The notes beneath the pieces were generated by a model. It saw only the letters and a program-made list of their open reading frames with translations, searched no databases and was not told the DNA's origin. 64,000 bases of DNA from a virus. Lineage: Duplodnaviria; Caudoviricetes. Where the stretch lies: IMG/VR virus record IMGVR_UViG_3300022666_000296, positions 634-64,633 of that record, one strand, 5' to 3'. A program made the translations under genes and the position numbers. Position 1 is the first letter of the stretch. Each line of letters begins with the position of its first letter. This document shows, piece after piece, positions 47,357-57,407 of the stretch.

Positions 47357-47596
47357 TCAGAGCGAAATGCATTGTTCCACCTGCTTATCATCAGTCGCAC
47401 CAGGTTCGTGCAATGTTGGACGGAGATTTGACACACGCGTCAAAATGCAGTTCTCCGCGCCTACAGCACCGGTACAAACTTCCACCATCGTGCGATTCGC
47501 ATCGAAACGCCAAAAACGCTTTATGACGCCGGAGAACTCCGGTACGTTTGTTAGTTCGTTTGCCGCTTTGGTTACACGATCTCCAACCCTTAGCAT
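47357..47596 (-). CDS. Hypothetical protein
   Basis: 79 aa with AGGAG RBS; SH3-like beta pattern. Confidence 0.5.
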   Translation of the reverse strand: MLRVGDRVTKAANELTNVPEFSGVIKRFWRFDANRTMVEVCTGAVGAENCILTRVSNLRPTLHEPGATDDKQVEQCISL

Positions 47597-48474
47597 GTCT
47601 CCTCCTGTAAGTTTCCGCCTACCGTTGGAAATTCATCCCAAGTTCTTCCGTTGAGCATGCGACCAGCGGCGCGTTTACCAACATGAAACATAGTTGTTTC
47701 ACCAGCATTTACACTGGCACAATTCTTGACGTCCATTAAAGAAACGTCATCCGGAATGTTCCAAGCATCGGCATAGTCTCCCCATGATTTGAAGAAAAAT
47801 GGGACGCTCGCATACGAGCATTGATCGCGCAGATGATATACCCACACCGGGTCCATCGGACGCGCCCCCGGTCCTGTTTCTCCACCACAGATAACCCATT
47901 GCACACCCCGTAACGCTTCTTCACTCGCTGGAGTGAGCACCCTGCTAAAATCAACCGGACCCAGCATCGGCTCCACACTCACAAAGCGTACCGCTGCTGG
48001 AATTTGCAGCAACACCGGGATGCGCTTTTCTGCTTGTTCCTGATTCTCGACAGTGACACCAATCCACAGATTTTTGAACGCAGTGTTTTTATTCATATGC
48101 AGATTGATGGCCGTCAGAGCAAATGCCATGCGCTCCGGCCGTTTGGTCAAAATCTGATAAGTGTGTTGCGGCGTTGCTTTGATTACCTCAAAAATCGGCT
48201 CTATGTGTCCAAGTGCAAGCGATTCGTGGAAAAGATCGCTCATACTGCACACAAACACCATGCGCGGCCTCTTCCACCGCAGCGGTTCTTCCAATCGGTC
48301 CTGGTGCAGCGTCACCTCGAACTCGTGTGGCGCCTCTGGATAGCCAAACCGTCCTGCCAGCCGCTTCGCCATCCGCGCCGCATAGCAATGCGCACATCCA
48401 GGAGAGACCGGAGAGCATCCTGTCACCGGATTCCACGTTGCCTGAGTCCACTCAATCCGTGTCTTGCCCATCAT
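47590..48474 (-). CDS. Phage Gp37/Gp68 (DUF5131) radical-SAM-like protein
   Basis: TRIEWTQATWNPVTGCSPVSPGCAHCYA; SMSDLFH; WVICGGETG. Confidence 0.9.
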   Translation of the reverse strand: MMGKTRIEWTQATWNPVTGCSPVSPGCAHCYAARMAKRLAGRFGYPEAPHEFEVTLHQDRLEEPLRWKRPRMVFVCSMSDLFHESLALGHIEPIFEVIKATPQHTYQILTKRPERMAFALTAINLHMNKNTAFKNLWIGVTVENQEQAEKRIPVLLQIPAAVRFVSVEPMLGPVDFSRVLTPASEEALRGVQWVICGGETGPGARPMDPVWVYHLRDQCSYASVPFFFKSWGDYADAWNIPDDVSLMDVKNCASVNAGETTMFHVGKRAAGRMLNGRTWDEFPTVGGNLQEETC

Positions 48475-48499
48475 TCACCTCCATGGTATCCGTAACTAC

Positions 48500-49654
48500 T
48501 TATCGCACCAACACCGCTTGAGTCGCCAAGCGGCCATCGTCTGTCACACGTAGTGCCAACTCCAATGGCGCGTCCGCGTCCGCATCCATGGCTGACCATT
48601 TGCGCGGCCACATATCCCGCGCCCACATTTCCTTGATAACAGCTTCCTCACTATCATCTACCAGCGACATTACCCCTACCCGCTGCTGAATATCGAGAAC
48701 CTTCTCAAGCCCATAGGCGCGCGCTTCCATGGTCAGCGGCCCCATGCGCTGTACGTTGCGCGACCACTGACCATCCTGGCGCTTCTCAGGCGCAACTTTG
48801 CGCTTGCGCCACTTTGGTTGCTTCAACTCGCGCCACAACGGTTTCAATTCCAGAAGCGGCATCAGCTGTGCCCATTCAGGATCGCGCACCACGCGCTCCA
48901 AGGCCACATCCCGCGAGGCCAACGGGCAACCCACACACCCCGTTCTGACCTCATCCTCCCCATACACTGTGGCAATGCCTGGCACATCGTACCCATGCCC
49001 CATCGGATCATAGTACAACCAGTCGTACACATGACACACGCGCCAGTGCAACAACGGCGCCAGCGTATCCGCAACGCTATCAGGTGTACTGACCTGAAAC
49101 CAGCCCTGCCCACACTCGCCGCCATTCACGCTGCAACTAACGGCGATACGCTGATCGCGCGCGGCACTCTCGCCTACGCGCACACCGGTCAACATTAGAA
49201 TCTTCCCGTTTTGATCGCGTAAATCGTCCAAAACGGTCATCATCGGCTGTATCTTAATTTTGTCCGTACACCAGCGAAACGTATTGCTAGATGGAGGTAC
49301 GCCGTAGCCGAGCATATAGACCAGGAAGCGATCTCTGATCTGCGGCAGCACCCACTTGGCTGTGAAGCCCTGCTTGCGTAACCGCGCCATTAAATTCAAT
49401 GCTGACCGTTGTAACGGCGGAAGCTCTAACCGCGTGTCTACATACAACACTGTCAAGGAATCCGGCGCAGGAACTAATCCCTTCCGGATAGCCCATGCCA
49501 CAAACGTCACAGTAGCCGTTGAGTCTTTCCCACCACTGTAAGCCACAGCCCAGTGGCGATACCGCGCACCGTACTCCCGCAAACTCGTGAGACTTCGCTC
49601 GACCGCTTGCTCCAACGTCAACCGCATCCCTTCAAACAATGATAGCTGTCTCAT
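48500..49654 (-). CDS. PAPS reductase-family (DndC-like) protein
   Basis: PP-loop AYSGGKDS, RWCTDKIKI, GVRVGESAAR, RTGCVGC. Confidence 0.85.
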   Translation of the reverse strand: MRQLSLFEGMRLTLEQAVERSLTSLREYGARYRHWAVAYSGGKDSTATVTFVAWAIRKGLVPAPDSLTVLYVDTRLELPPLQRSALNLMARLRKQGFTAKWVLPQIRDRFLVYMLGYGVPPSSNTFRWCTDKIKIQPMMTVLDDLRDQNGKILMLTGVRVGESAARDQRIAVSCSVNGGECGQGWFQVSTPDSVADTLAPLLHWRVCHVYDWLYYDPMGHGYDVPGIATVYGEDEVRTGCVGCPLASRDVALERVVRDPEWAQLMPLLELKPLWRELKQPKWRKRKVAPEKRQDGQWSRNVQRMGPLTMEARAYGLEKVLDIQQRVGVMSLVDDSEEAVIKEMWARDMWPRKWSAMDADADAPLELALRVTDDGRLATQAVLVR

Positions 49655-50022
49655 TACAATTCCCTCTCCACCTTCGCAAACGCCTGGTACGCCTGCATCA
49701 TCCACCGCGCGCGGGATCCGGCCAACACCTCAATCTCTAACTGCCTCGTCCGTCTCCCCATTTCCGCCTCTCTCTCCCATGCGTGCCATTCACGGTCGCA
49801 TATAGACTTGTCCAACGGTGTCCCAGTCGCCTCTGCCCATTCAACCGCAAAAGTCGGCACATCGTGGCCTCTCACACCAGGAAAGCCAGCTGCAGCGCAC
49901 ATCTCGCAGATCAACGCATTACCGCCACTGATCATCTTTCCGGCAAGCACCACTGTTCGCCGGCATTGGCTGCAGCGCTCTGCTCGTAACCCCACCCGTT
50001 GTTTTATCGCTACCATGCTCAT
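49654..50022 (-). CDS. Hypothetical Zn-finger protein
   Basis: CSQC...CEMC; TAATG overlap with the downstream gene. Confidence 0.5.
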   Translation of the reverse strand: MSMVAIKQRVGLRAERCSQCRRTVVLAGKMISGGNALICEMCAAAGFPGVRGHDVPTFAVEWAEATGTPLDKSICDREWHAWEREAEMGRRTRQLEIEVLAGSRARWMMQAYQAFAKVEREL

Positions 50023-50054
50023 CTCCCAACCTTTCTTATCCTGTTAATCTGACA

Positions 50055-51428
50055 CTAGGTTAGCAACGCCCTGCACAACGCCGTCGCCGTATGGATTGGC
50101 ACAGAATTTCCAATCTGTCTCACCACATCACCGCGATTGCCATGGAAGGTATAGGTTTTGCGGTACGAGTGCGCAGCTGCCATCTCGTGCGGCAACAACA
50201 TCCTGAACAGAATGTCCAACATGAACACACCCTCTCCAGACTTGAATAGCAATGGCTGCGCCAATCCCAACCGATCTCGGGTCGTAAACGTGGGGAACGG
50301 TGCATCCACTGACTGAGCATCTGCCGTACCGTTATACTGAACCAGAAACGGTTGCGCTAACGCCCAGGCGTCAACTCCTGTAATTGTCCGTAATGGCTCG
50401 TCTATCGAATAACTCCTGGTATCCGTTCCATGATTCACCGTAGTGATGAACGGCTGGCACAGCCCGATATGCTGACCGCGCGCCGTAATCGTGGGCAGCG
50501 GCGCATCTATAGACACAGCATCACACGTCTTGTAGAACTTCACCAAAAACGGTTGTATCAACGAAATCGCGCCGGCAGTCGCTACAGTCGGCAGCGGATC
50601 ATCTACCGAGCGTGGCGCTGCCGAACTCTGCTGCCCGATCACAAACGGCAGGCCGGAGAACTTCACCAGACCTGCATGAATGCGGCGCAACGTATTCTCG
50701 GCCAGCGGCTTCTTTCGGGAATAGATGGACTCGCCCGGAATTGACCAGTCGATCACCTCCCGCGCTGTTTTCCACGGGCGAACGTGCTGTGGCAACAAAT
50801 GTACCTGCCCGACATCATCGTTGAACCGGCTATGCGTGGGCGTGGGCCAGCATACCCGCTTGCCTTTACGCCCGAGAATGAACAGCCGTTCGCGAGTAGT
50901 AGCATCCCCGAAATCAGCACAGTTGATAACCCGGTGCTCAACTTCGTAGCCGAGGCTTTCCAGCGCCTGCAGATATGCCAGAAATGTCTTGCCCTCGAAT
51001 TTCCGGATCGGTCTTCCGGTATCTGCATCAACTGGGCCCCATTTCATCAAGTCGGGCACATTCTCAATCAGCACCGATCTGACATCCAACTTCTCCAGCC
51101 AATCCAGCACCAACCACGGCGAAATACGTTGTTGGTCCCCCATCGGTCGTCCACCGCGAGCGCGCGAGAAGAACGTGCACTGCGGACCTGCGACCAAAAT
51201 ATCCAGCTTCCCAGAGGGCACTACCGAGCGTGGATCAACATCCTGGACACCAGCGCAGTAATGCGTAGCCTCAGGATGATTCTCCTTGTGGGTGGCGATG
51301 GCTATCTCCCAGTGATTCACAGCCACCAGGTCCACCGTCAACCCCAATTCAGCCGCTGCAGATTTCAACCCCTCAGTTATGCCTCCGGCGCCACAGAACA
51401 AATCCGCCGCTTGTATCATCCTCATCAT
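50055..51428 (-). CDS. C5-cytosine DNA methyltransferase
   Basis: DLFCGAGG, GPQC (catalytic PC), IENV, RERLF, QIGNSVP; four internal xDxPLPTIT repeats. Confidence 0.9.
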   Translation of the reverse strand: MMRMIQAADLFCGAGGITEGLKSAAAELGLTVDLVAVNHWEIAIATHKENHPEATHYCAGVQDVDPRSVVPSGKLDILVAGPQCTFFSRARGGRPMGDQQRISPWLVLDWLEKLDVRSVLIENVPDLMKWGPVDADTGRPIRKFEGKTFLAYLQALESLGYEVEHRVINCADFGDATTRERLFILGRKGKRVCWPTPTHSRFNDDVGQVHLLPQHVRPWKTAREVIDWSIPGESIYSRKKPLAENTLRRIHAGLVKFSGLPFVIGQQSSAAPRSVDDPLPTVATAGAISLIQPFLVKFYKTCDAVSIDAPLPTITARGQHIGLCQPFITTVNHGTDTRSYSIDEPLRTITGVDAWALAQPFLVQYNGTADAQSVDAPFPTFTTRDRLGLAQPLLFKSGEGVFMLDILFRMLLPHEMAAAHSYRKTYTFHGNRGDVVRQIGNSVPIHTATALCRALLT

Positions 51429-51441
51429 CCCCACCCCCTAC

Positions 51442-51470
51442 AGTTCCGTTAAGTCTTTCTTAGCAGTACT
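51442..51470. repeat. dif-like site S12 AGTTCCGTTAA-GTCTTTC-TTAGCAGTACT
   Basis: Overlaps the TAA stop of 51460-52143. Confidence 0.85.
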
Positions 51471-52143
51471 TGAAATCCAGAGTTTCGATGTGTGTCGCTA
51501 CTCTGAAAAACTCGATCTTCCACACCCACGGATTGCTCTTCCATGGATAGCGCTCATTAATGCGGTCCCATATTTTGGCAAACCCATCCACCGCCTCACC
51601 CACATAACGAGTAGTGCCGTGCAAGTGCACACCCTCATCCAATGCATCAGCATCGGTAAGCTCCTGCAACCGCTCGGCACAGATACTGATGATGCCTAGA
51701 GCAATTCGCGAAGCCCAACGGGGCATGTGCATCGGCGAACGCCACTTGTCGCCATGCTTGCCATTCTGGTGCGCCTCACACCAGGAGTTGGAAGCCTCAA
51801 AGGTATTCTCGATCGGGCGGAATCGTTCATCGGCCTGATAGCGTATACCATCCAGACCATCCTCCAGTTCCTCCGTGCGCCAGCCCTCTCGTATCCATAG
51901 ACAGTCCCCCGGTTTACCGTAAGGACACAAGAAACGCCGATTGACCTTCATGGTTCTAGAACCTGCAACCGCCAACTCCTCTCCCGCATCAACAATGAGC
52001 TCAAAGAGGTTGTTGAAAAACACACCCTGCACACTACCGCGAGACTGCACCGGCGGTTGCGGTTCTATCACTCGCCGTGTCTGCGTCTTCCGCCCAGTAA
52101 CAATCGCCCTGATATCATCATCGCTAAAAATCAACGGTCGCAT
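51460..52143 (-). CDS. ASCH/PUA-like phage protein
   Basis: IRAIVTGRKTQTRR...CPYGKPGD.LWIRE...SPMHMPRWASR. Confidence 0.75.
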   Translation of the reverse strand: MRPLIFSDDDIRAIVTGRKTQTRRVIEPQPPVQSRGSVQGVFFNNLFELIVDAGEELAVAGSRTMKVNRRFLCPYGKPGDCLWIREGWRTEELEDGLDGIRYQADERFRPIENTFEASNSWCEAHQNGKHGDKWRSPMHMPRWASRIALGIISICAERLQELTDADALDEGVHLHGTTRYVGEAVDGFAKIWDRINERYPWKSNPWVWKIEFFRVATHIETLDFKYC

Positions 52144-52604
52144 TGCCCTGTCTCCCTCTTCCAGATCTCCACAATCACTGCCTCACATTCCCGATCACGT
52201 CGACGCACTGAGATGATCTCTACCAGGTAACCCAACGCACCACTGTAACCCGTTGCCCCGAAAGCATACGGCGACACGCGCTGCAACACCTCCTCTGATG
52301 GCGCGGTATTCCCTGCCGTAGCCTGCGCCTCAATCCAGGCTGCAGCTGCTTCAACATCATCGTTGTTACCTGGAACCGGCACGATCTCATCGGCGTGCTG
52401 TCTCACAGCCGCGCGTTGTAATGGTAAAAACCACTGGTCCAATGCAGCGCATAATACTCGGTCGACATCTGTAGGCTCATAGTCCCCCAACAGGTTTAGT
52501 CCATTTTCCCCCATCTTTTTTTCTCCTGCGCCTCTATATCTTCCACGGTACTTATGAAACTTATGAATCGTATTCATAGCTTTCATAAGTTTCACACGTT
52601 TCAC
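52131..52604 (-). CDS. Hypothetical protein
   Basis: 157 aa ORF; N-terminus overlaps an AT-rich repeat region, so the start is uncertain. Confidence 0.45.
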   Translation of the reverse strand: MKRVKLMKAMNTIHKFHKYRGRYRGAGEKKMGENGLNLLGDYEPTDVDRVLCAALDQWFLPLQRAAVRQHADEIVPVPGNNDDVEAAAAWIEAQATAGNTAPSEEVLQRVSPYAFGATGYSGALGYLVEIISVRRRDRECEAVIVEIWKRETGQCDR

Positions 52605-55600
52605 ACGTTTCCAGGAAGACCCCCTTCATTATTAAAGATAGTATTGGTTATTCTCAGCACCCATGGACGAGTACTGAGCCCCATTTGATAGAGAAATGTG
52701 TTCCCGGTTGGGCGTTCTGCTGGGTGCAATAAACCTTCCTCACGTAATTTCACTTTGATACCCCGTTCGGTATCATTGAAGACTACTCCGCTGTTGCGGT
52801 AGAACTGCACGATAGTCTTAAATGTCGGTCCAGAGAGCAGATAAAGGTATTGCTCATCGTACCAACCCAGAAACTCCGCGCCAACCTCGCGGTCAGCGCC
52901 TTTGGGCAGCATCTTATCCGGCATTTCAGGATACTCGCGATGCCGCAGATACACACTGCCCTGTGCAACCAACTGGCTCAACGCATCGAGGTACATCATT
53001 ACTGGTTTCTCGTCCTGCGCCGTAACCTGTTGCGCATCACCCAGTTCAACGAGCATTTGCCAACCCAGATCGCGCAAGCCATCATAGTCGCAGTCCAGCA
53101 CACCCAACTGCTGTGCATAGGACACAAACATATCCCACCCGACAAACAGCGAGGCCACATTGGCGGGCATCCTCAAATGCGCGCCGCGCGCCCGCGCCGC
53201 CTCCGTGTAATCGAGTAAACGCTCCGGCAGCTTCTGCTCCAACTCGTCATACTGCTGTGCCAACCACTGCACATATCCACCCAGTGCATGCGGATATCGT
53301 TGCGCGTGCTCTGTCTGCGCCAACGTCAACGGTGAATTGGCTCCGCGTGTCACCATCTCCGGGTGTACCTCCACTTGAAACAGTCTGGCTTGGATGGATT
53401 GGCCAGGTGGCAATTGCTCCGCTGTCGAGATGATCAATCCGCGGGGAGCAAATGTCTGCCGCAGCTTGAGATTCGCCTGCATACGGCTCCGGCCAGCCCG
53501 GTTACCCCAATCGCGGAGGAGCTGATCCACCTTTGCCTTGAGTTCGTTCATCCCACTGAAGGTGCTTTGCGTGGTGTAATCGTCAATCCAAAGGGGAGCG
53601 TCTTTAACCAAGAACGCCTTCCGCTCCAAGGCGTTGGACGTTCCAGTCCAGCTCGCCGGCGGTGTGTTGTAGGAGAATTTTCCATAATGGCTGCACGCTA
53701 ACGCCGTAATCGTAGACTTCATGCTGCCGGTGGTCCCGTAAACCCACAGCGTGAACGACGGCGGGATAATGCTGCTCAGCGGTGCCAGATACATCGCTGC
53801 CAACAATGGCACCGTCACGGAGTAGTCGCCAGTGTCCAAAAATGCATACGAGGCTCGCAGCGCCTCTTCTACATGTTCGGGGGTTGTGGGCAGTTTATAG
53901 CGGATCAAATCCGGAGGTAGACGCACTTCCACATTATCGCGTCCCACTGCACCAGCACCGGAGAGATATACCTGCTGCTCACTGATCCTCCGCCAGCCGA
54001 TGTGCCCATACACATACTGCGTCTGTACCTCGCGGCTCGTGGCCTGCATCGCTGCCCGCAAATGGTCGCGGGTTGCCGACCCGGCCTCCACCACGGCGCG
54101 CGCCCCCCAGAGGTTGAGTACCCACCCCATCCCCGGAAAATCCCCCGCAGGTACGTCTACTGTAGGCAGCATGCCGCCATCGGCCAGCTTCCCATGAATG
54201 CGGAAAACGCGTTCCTGGGTATCGCCGTCGTCTTCCACAATTTCGGATGCAATCTGCGCCGTGAAATTGCTGAGTGGACAATAAACCTCGCTTCCGTGAC
54301 CGTCATAGTAGCGGTGACAAAGCCTGCCCCCCATGATGACATACTTTGGCTTGCCATCATCCGCCAATCCTGCTTCCTGTCGTGCAGCTTTTAACAGTGC
54401 ATCGAAGGTTCCTTTCTTGATCTGCAACGACTTGCAGATCTTCTCCCGCATCCGCGCCACATCGTACACATCTAACGCTGCGAGCGCACCAAATAGCGTT
54501 CTGGTCGCTTCTTCATCCCCCTCTTCATCACCGTTTTGTGGCAACGCTGCGTGGAGCAGCACCTCAATCCACGTTGGCGATCCGGTGAGTAGCGCACGGG
54601 CTTCAGTTGACTTTGCCCCGGCTTGCAGCCAGCCATTGGCGTCCCCGGCTGGCCAGGTTACCCGGTGCAACGCTGTGCCTTTCAGTTCCAGTACCGTCAT
54701 CAGTCGTTCGGCCAGTTTGGGTGTAGCTTCTTGTCCAGCATGATCGGCGTCCAACCCCATCACGATCTGCCCGCCTGTGATCGCCAGTTGCCGCTTGACC
54801 TGCTGCAGTAACAGATGCTCTTCATCTGCCTTCTCGCCCACATCGCAGCCTGCCAGAGCCACTGCCGGCACACCCCACTGCTGCAGCGTCAGTGCGCAAG
54901 CTTGCCCCTCAACCAACACGGTCAGCGGATAAGAATCCTCGACCTCGGTCTCAGGTTTCGAGCGACCCCACAGCGTATTGAAGAATGGCTTGCGTCCGCC
55001 TGCCAGACTGCTTGGCGGGTTCCAAGACTTTGGACCATTCGTGGTCTCGATATGCCGTCCAGAGAGATACGTTACCCGCCCCCCAAGCACGTGCGGGTAA
55101 ATCAGCATGTCTGGAGGCATCGCCGGGACTTTTCCAGTCTCCACCCATTTCGGCGCTGGAGCGACATCCCATTTCTCAGCCCAAGCCGCCACATCACCAC
55201 GATACCCTATCAATGCCACCGCTGCAGGGCATTCCAGCTCCACATCCTGGGCATTCAACGCCGTCCGCAGCGCATCCCAATCCTTACCGAAGTAGCCCAC
55301 CCCGCCGGCGCGCAACGTCTGATCATCGAAGCCACGCTGTCTAGCGTAAACCAGCCCCGGAGAGTGGCTTTCAGCGCGCTCTCCACTGTTAAGCCCAAGC
55401 CGCGCGTGGAAGAAATCGGCTGCGGCTGCAAACACAGTCTCTGCTTCGCGCGTTTTCTGCAGGGTGCGCTTCTCCTCGGCCGATAACGGAGTCAGTTCTA
55501 CCCCCGCCTCCCGCGCTAACTCGCGTAGCGCCGTACTCATATCCCAACCCTCGCGGCGCATCACAAAATCAAAAACGTCTCCACCGGCGCCGCAGCCGAA

Positions 55601-55765
55601 ACATTTGAAGCGTTCCGTATCAGTGAAGACAAAAAACGATGGCGTGTTTTCCGTGTGGAATGGACACACTCCGCGCATGTTCTTTCCAGCGCGGCTGAGT
55701 TGCACGTACCTCCCCACCACTTCATCAATATGTAACCGATCTTTTATCTTTTCTACCAAGGTCAT
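52601..55765 (-). CDS. Primase-helicase: CHC2 Zn finger + TOPRIM + C-terminal P-loop (DUF927-like)
   Basis: CPFH.E.TPSF...KCFGCG; LVEG...GLDAD; VYGTTGSMKST Walker A. Confidence 0.9.
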   Translation of the reverse strand: MTLVEKIKDRLHIDEVVGRYVQLSRAGKNMRGVCPFHTENTPSFFVFTDTERFKCFGCGAGGDVFDFVMRREGWDMSTALRELAREAGVELTPLSAEEKRTLQKTREAETVFAAAADFFHARLGLNSGERAESHSPGLVYARQRGFDDQTLRAGGVGYFGKDWDALRTALNAQDVELECPAAVALIGYRGDVAAWAEKWDVAPAPKWVETGKVPAMPPDMLIYPHVLGGRVTYLSGRHIETTNGPKSWNPPSSLAGGRKPFFNTLWGRSKPETEVEDSYPLTVLVEGQACALTLQQWGVPAVALAGCDVGEKADEEHLLLQQVKRQLAITGGQIVMGLDADHAGQEATPKLAERLMTVLELKGTALHRVTWPAGDANGWLQAGAKSTEARALLTGSPTWIEVLLHAALPQNGDEEGDEEATRTLFGALAALDVYDVARMREKICKSLQIKKGTFDALLKAARQEAGLADDGKPKYVIMGGRLCHRYYDGHGSEVYCPLSNFTAQIASEIVEDDGDTQERVFRIHGKLADGGMLPTVDVPAGDFPGMGWVLNLWGARAVVEAGSATRDHLRAAMQATSREVQTQYVYGHIGWRRISEQQVYLSGAGAVGRDNVEVRLPPDLIRYKLPTTPEHVEEALRASYAFLDTGDYSVTVPLLAAMYLAPLSSIIPPSFTLWVYGTTGSMKSTITALACSHYGKFSYNTPPASWTGTSNALERKAFLVKDAPLWIDDYTTQSTFSGMNELKAKVDQLLRDWGNRAGRSRMQANLKLRQTFAPRGLIISTAEQLPPGQSIQARLFQVEVHPEMVTRGANSPLTLAQTEHAQRYPHALGGYVQWLAQQYDELEQKLPERLLDYTEAARARGAHLRMPANVASLFVGWDMFVSYAQQLGVLDCDYDGLRDLGWQMLVELGDAQQVTAQDEKPVMMYLDALSQLVAQGSVYLRHREYPEMPDKMLPKGADREVGAEFLGWYDEQYLYLLSGPTFKTIVQFYRNSGVVFNDTERGIKVKLREEGLLHPAERPTGNTFLYQMGLSTRPWVLRITNTIFNNEGGLPGNV

Positions 55766-55782
55766 GAGCACACCCCCAATTT

Positions 55783-55810
55783 ACTCCGGCTAATCCTGAT
55801 TAGCAGCTTG
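55783..55810. repeat. Site S13 ACTCCGGCTAA-TCCTGA-TTAGCAGCTTG (6-bp spacer)
   Basis: Junction immediately upstream of the primase. Confidence 0.6.
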
Positions 55811-56023
55811 TTCTACCACCGCTGTCGCCGGGACCACATACGCAGCGATTGTTCCGGCTTTCTTGAATCGACACATCACCCCATCTGCGCTATCAAACAA
55901 CTGCGTCAACTCCCCGAGTTGCATGACTCCCTGGCGCACCGTAGTTGTCCAAAAGTGATACCAGTTCCCGATCACTAGATTACCTTCTGTAATGCCTTGT
56001 GGCGTGAGTTTCTGCGTAGCCAT
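55790..56023 (-). CDS. Hypothetical protein
   Basis: 77 aa ORF. Confidence 0.5.
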   Translation of the reverse strand: MATQKLTPQGITEGNLVIGNWYHFWTTTVRQGVMQLGELTQLFDSADGVMCRFKKAGTIAAYVVPATAVVEQAANQD

Positions 56024-56075
56024 ATCAATATACCTTTACGCCATGCGATCGCACCACAGCGCCCCACATTTGACC

Positions 56076-56177
56076 AATGCCCGCATAAATGCCAGCATAA
56101 CGCCAGCCTAAACGCCAGCATAACAAACCAATGCCCGCATAAATGCCAGCATTAACGCCAGCATTAACGCCCGGCAT
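56076..56177 (+). repeat. Eight direct repeats AAYGCCMGCAT (candidate parS/centromere)
   Basis: Copies at 56076, 56088, 56099, 56111, 56130, 56142, 56154, 56166; directly downstream of parA-RHH. Confidence 0.75.
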
Positions 56178-56517
56178 CGCCGACACCCTCGATCACCACA
56201 TCATAGGAATGCTGCAGGCTGCGTGCCATACGCTTCTTGGGCGTCAACCCCTCACGCAGCACCCGCTCCAACCCCAGCCATAGCAGCCACATCACCATGC
56301 TGCTGAGTCCCGTGTGCTCCCGATCGGCCAGTTCATACACCCGTTCCTGGAGCTGCTCATATCCGGTGAAGTCTATAGTCACCTTCGACCGCTTTGCATC
56401 GCGCCGTACCTGGTTACGCTTCCACTTGGGCATATCCGCAACTTCCTGCTTGCGGTCCTCATGACCCAAAACTGCCGCCACATCTGCGCTGATTCCGGCC
56501 AACGGATTCACATTCAT
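56164..56517 (-). CDS. Ribbon-helix-helix protein (type Ib ParB/ParG-like)
   Basis: Flexible N-terminus, then KVTIDF...LQERVYELADREHTGLSSMVMWLL; follows parA. Confidence 0.6.
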   Translation of the reverse strand: MNVNPLAGISADVAAVLGHEDRKQEVADMPKWKRNQVRRDAKRSKVTIDFTGYEQLQERVYELADREHTGLSSMVMWLLWLGLERVLREGLTPKKRMARSLQHSYDVVIEGVGDAGR

Positions 56518-56530
56518 TGCCCACCCCCCT

Positions 56531-57328
56531 TTACAAACCACACTCGCCTGCGAGCCAGCGCGCCGCCACTTCATATCCACCGGTGCGCTTACCGTTGCCG
56601 TTTAGCTCCACCCCGACCAACGCCGGGCAACGCGCATCGAACTCCACCAGCGTTTTCCCGGAGGCTTGGGCCTTCCCTACCGTGGCATCGGTAGGGACTG
56701 GCGGCGCAACCTGCCGGCCAAACGTCTCAGCCAGCATGCGTAACCGCTCAAGATTACCCTTGATCCGCCGGTCGAGCATGGTTGGCAGTACGCCGGCGAA
56801 TCCGCCCCGGAAGGCATCAACCCGCTTCAGGCTTGCCACACTCTCCAAGGCTTCTCGAACGCCCACGAGTGCCAGATGCTCCAGACTAACGGGAATCACA
56901 AACGAGGTGCAGGCCACCAGCGCCGCCAGTTGTAGAATATCTGCACCGGGCGCCACATCCAGCACCACCGCATCGAAGCCTCCCGCAAGACCCTCCAACA
57001 CCTCACGGAGTTTATACACGCCAAACGGATCACCGCTCAGAATCTGGCGAGTGCGCGCAGTCGTCTTGTCACCCAGTACCACGCTCAACCCATCGCGCCC
57101 GCTCTCGCGGATGGCAGCCCGGCCGACTTCGCCGATTAACAGGCGATTGAGATCGCCCGTCTTTTCCAGACCTAGACAGTCGGCGACATTCCCCTGAGCA
57201 TCTAGGTCTATGATCAAAACCCTGCGCCCCTCCATCGCCCATAAGTGAGCGACGGTGACCGATGAGGTTGTTTTGCCCACGCCTCCCTTTTGGTTGACAA
57301 ACGCGCATACCGCAACTTGCTTTTTCAT
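56531..57328 (-). CDS. parA: ParA family ATPase
   Basis: NQKGGVGKTT, IIDLDAQGN, VLDVAPG. Confidence 0.9.
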   Translation of the reverse strand: MKKQVAVCAFVNQKGGVGKTTSSVTVAHLWAMEGRRVLIIDLDAQGNVADCLGLEKTGDLNRLLIGEVGRAAIRESGRDGLSVVLGDKTTARTRQILSGDPFGVYKLREVLEGLAGGFDAVVLDVAPGADILQLAALVACTSFVIPVSLEHLALVGVREALESVASLKRVDAFRGGFAGVLPTMLDRRIKGNLERLRMLAETFGRQVAPPVPTDATVGKAQASGKTLVEFDARCPALVGVELNGNGKRTGGYEVAARWLAGECGL

Positions 57329-57369
57329 TCCCCACCTCCAAAACTCATAGCTAAACTTGTAATCTCTGC

Positions 57370-57400
57370 TACGCAAATACCGCTTGACAGTATTTGCGTA
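57370..57400. promoter_or_regulatory. Inverted repeat upstream of parA (operator or hairpin)
   Basis: TACGCAAATAC-N9-GTATTTGCGTA, perfect 11-bp arms. Confidence 0.55.
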
Positions 57401-57407
57401 ACACAAA

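Noticed and set aside
48500-49654. Complete Dnd phosphorothioation system
   Set aside because: Only a DndC-like gene is present; no dndA/B/D/E or ssp partners were recognised.
56027-56179. 50-aa ORF MPGVNAGVNAGIYAG...
   Set aside because: It is explained by the 11-bp repeat array, overlaps the RHH stop and has no RBS.
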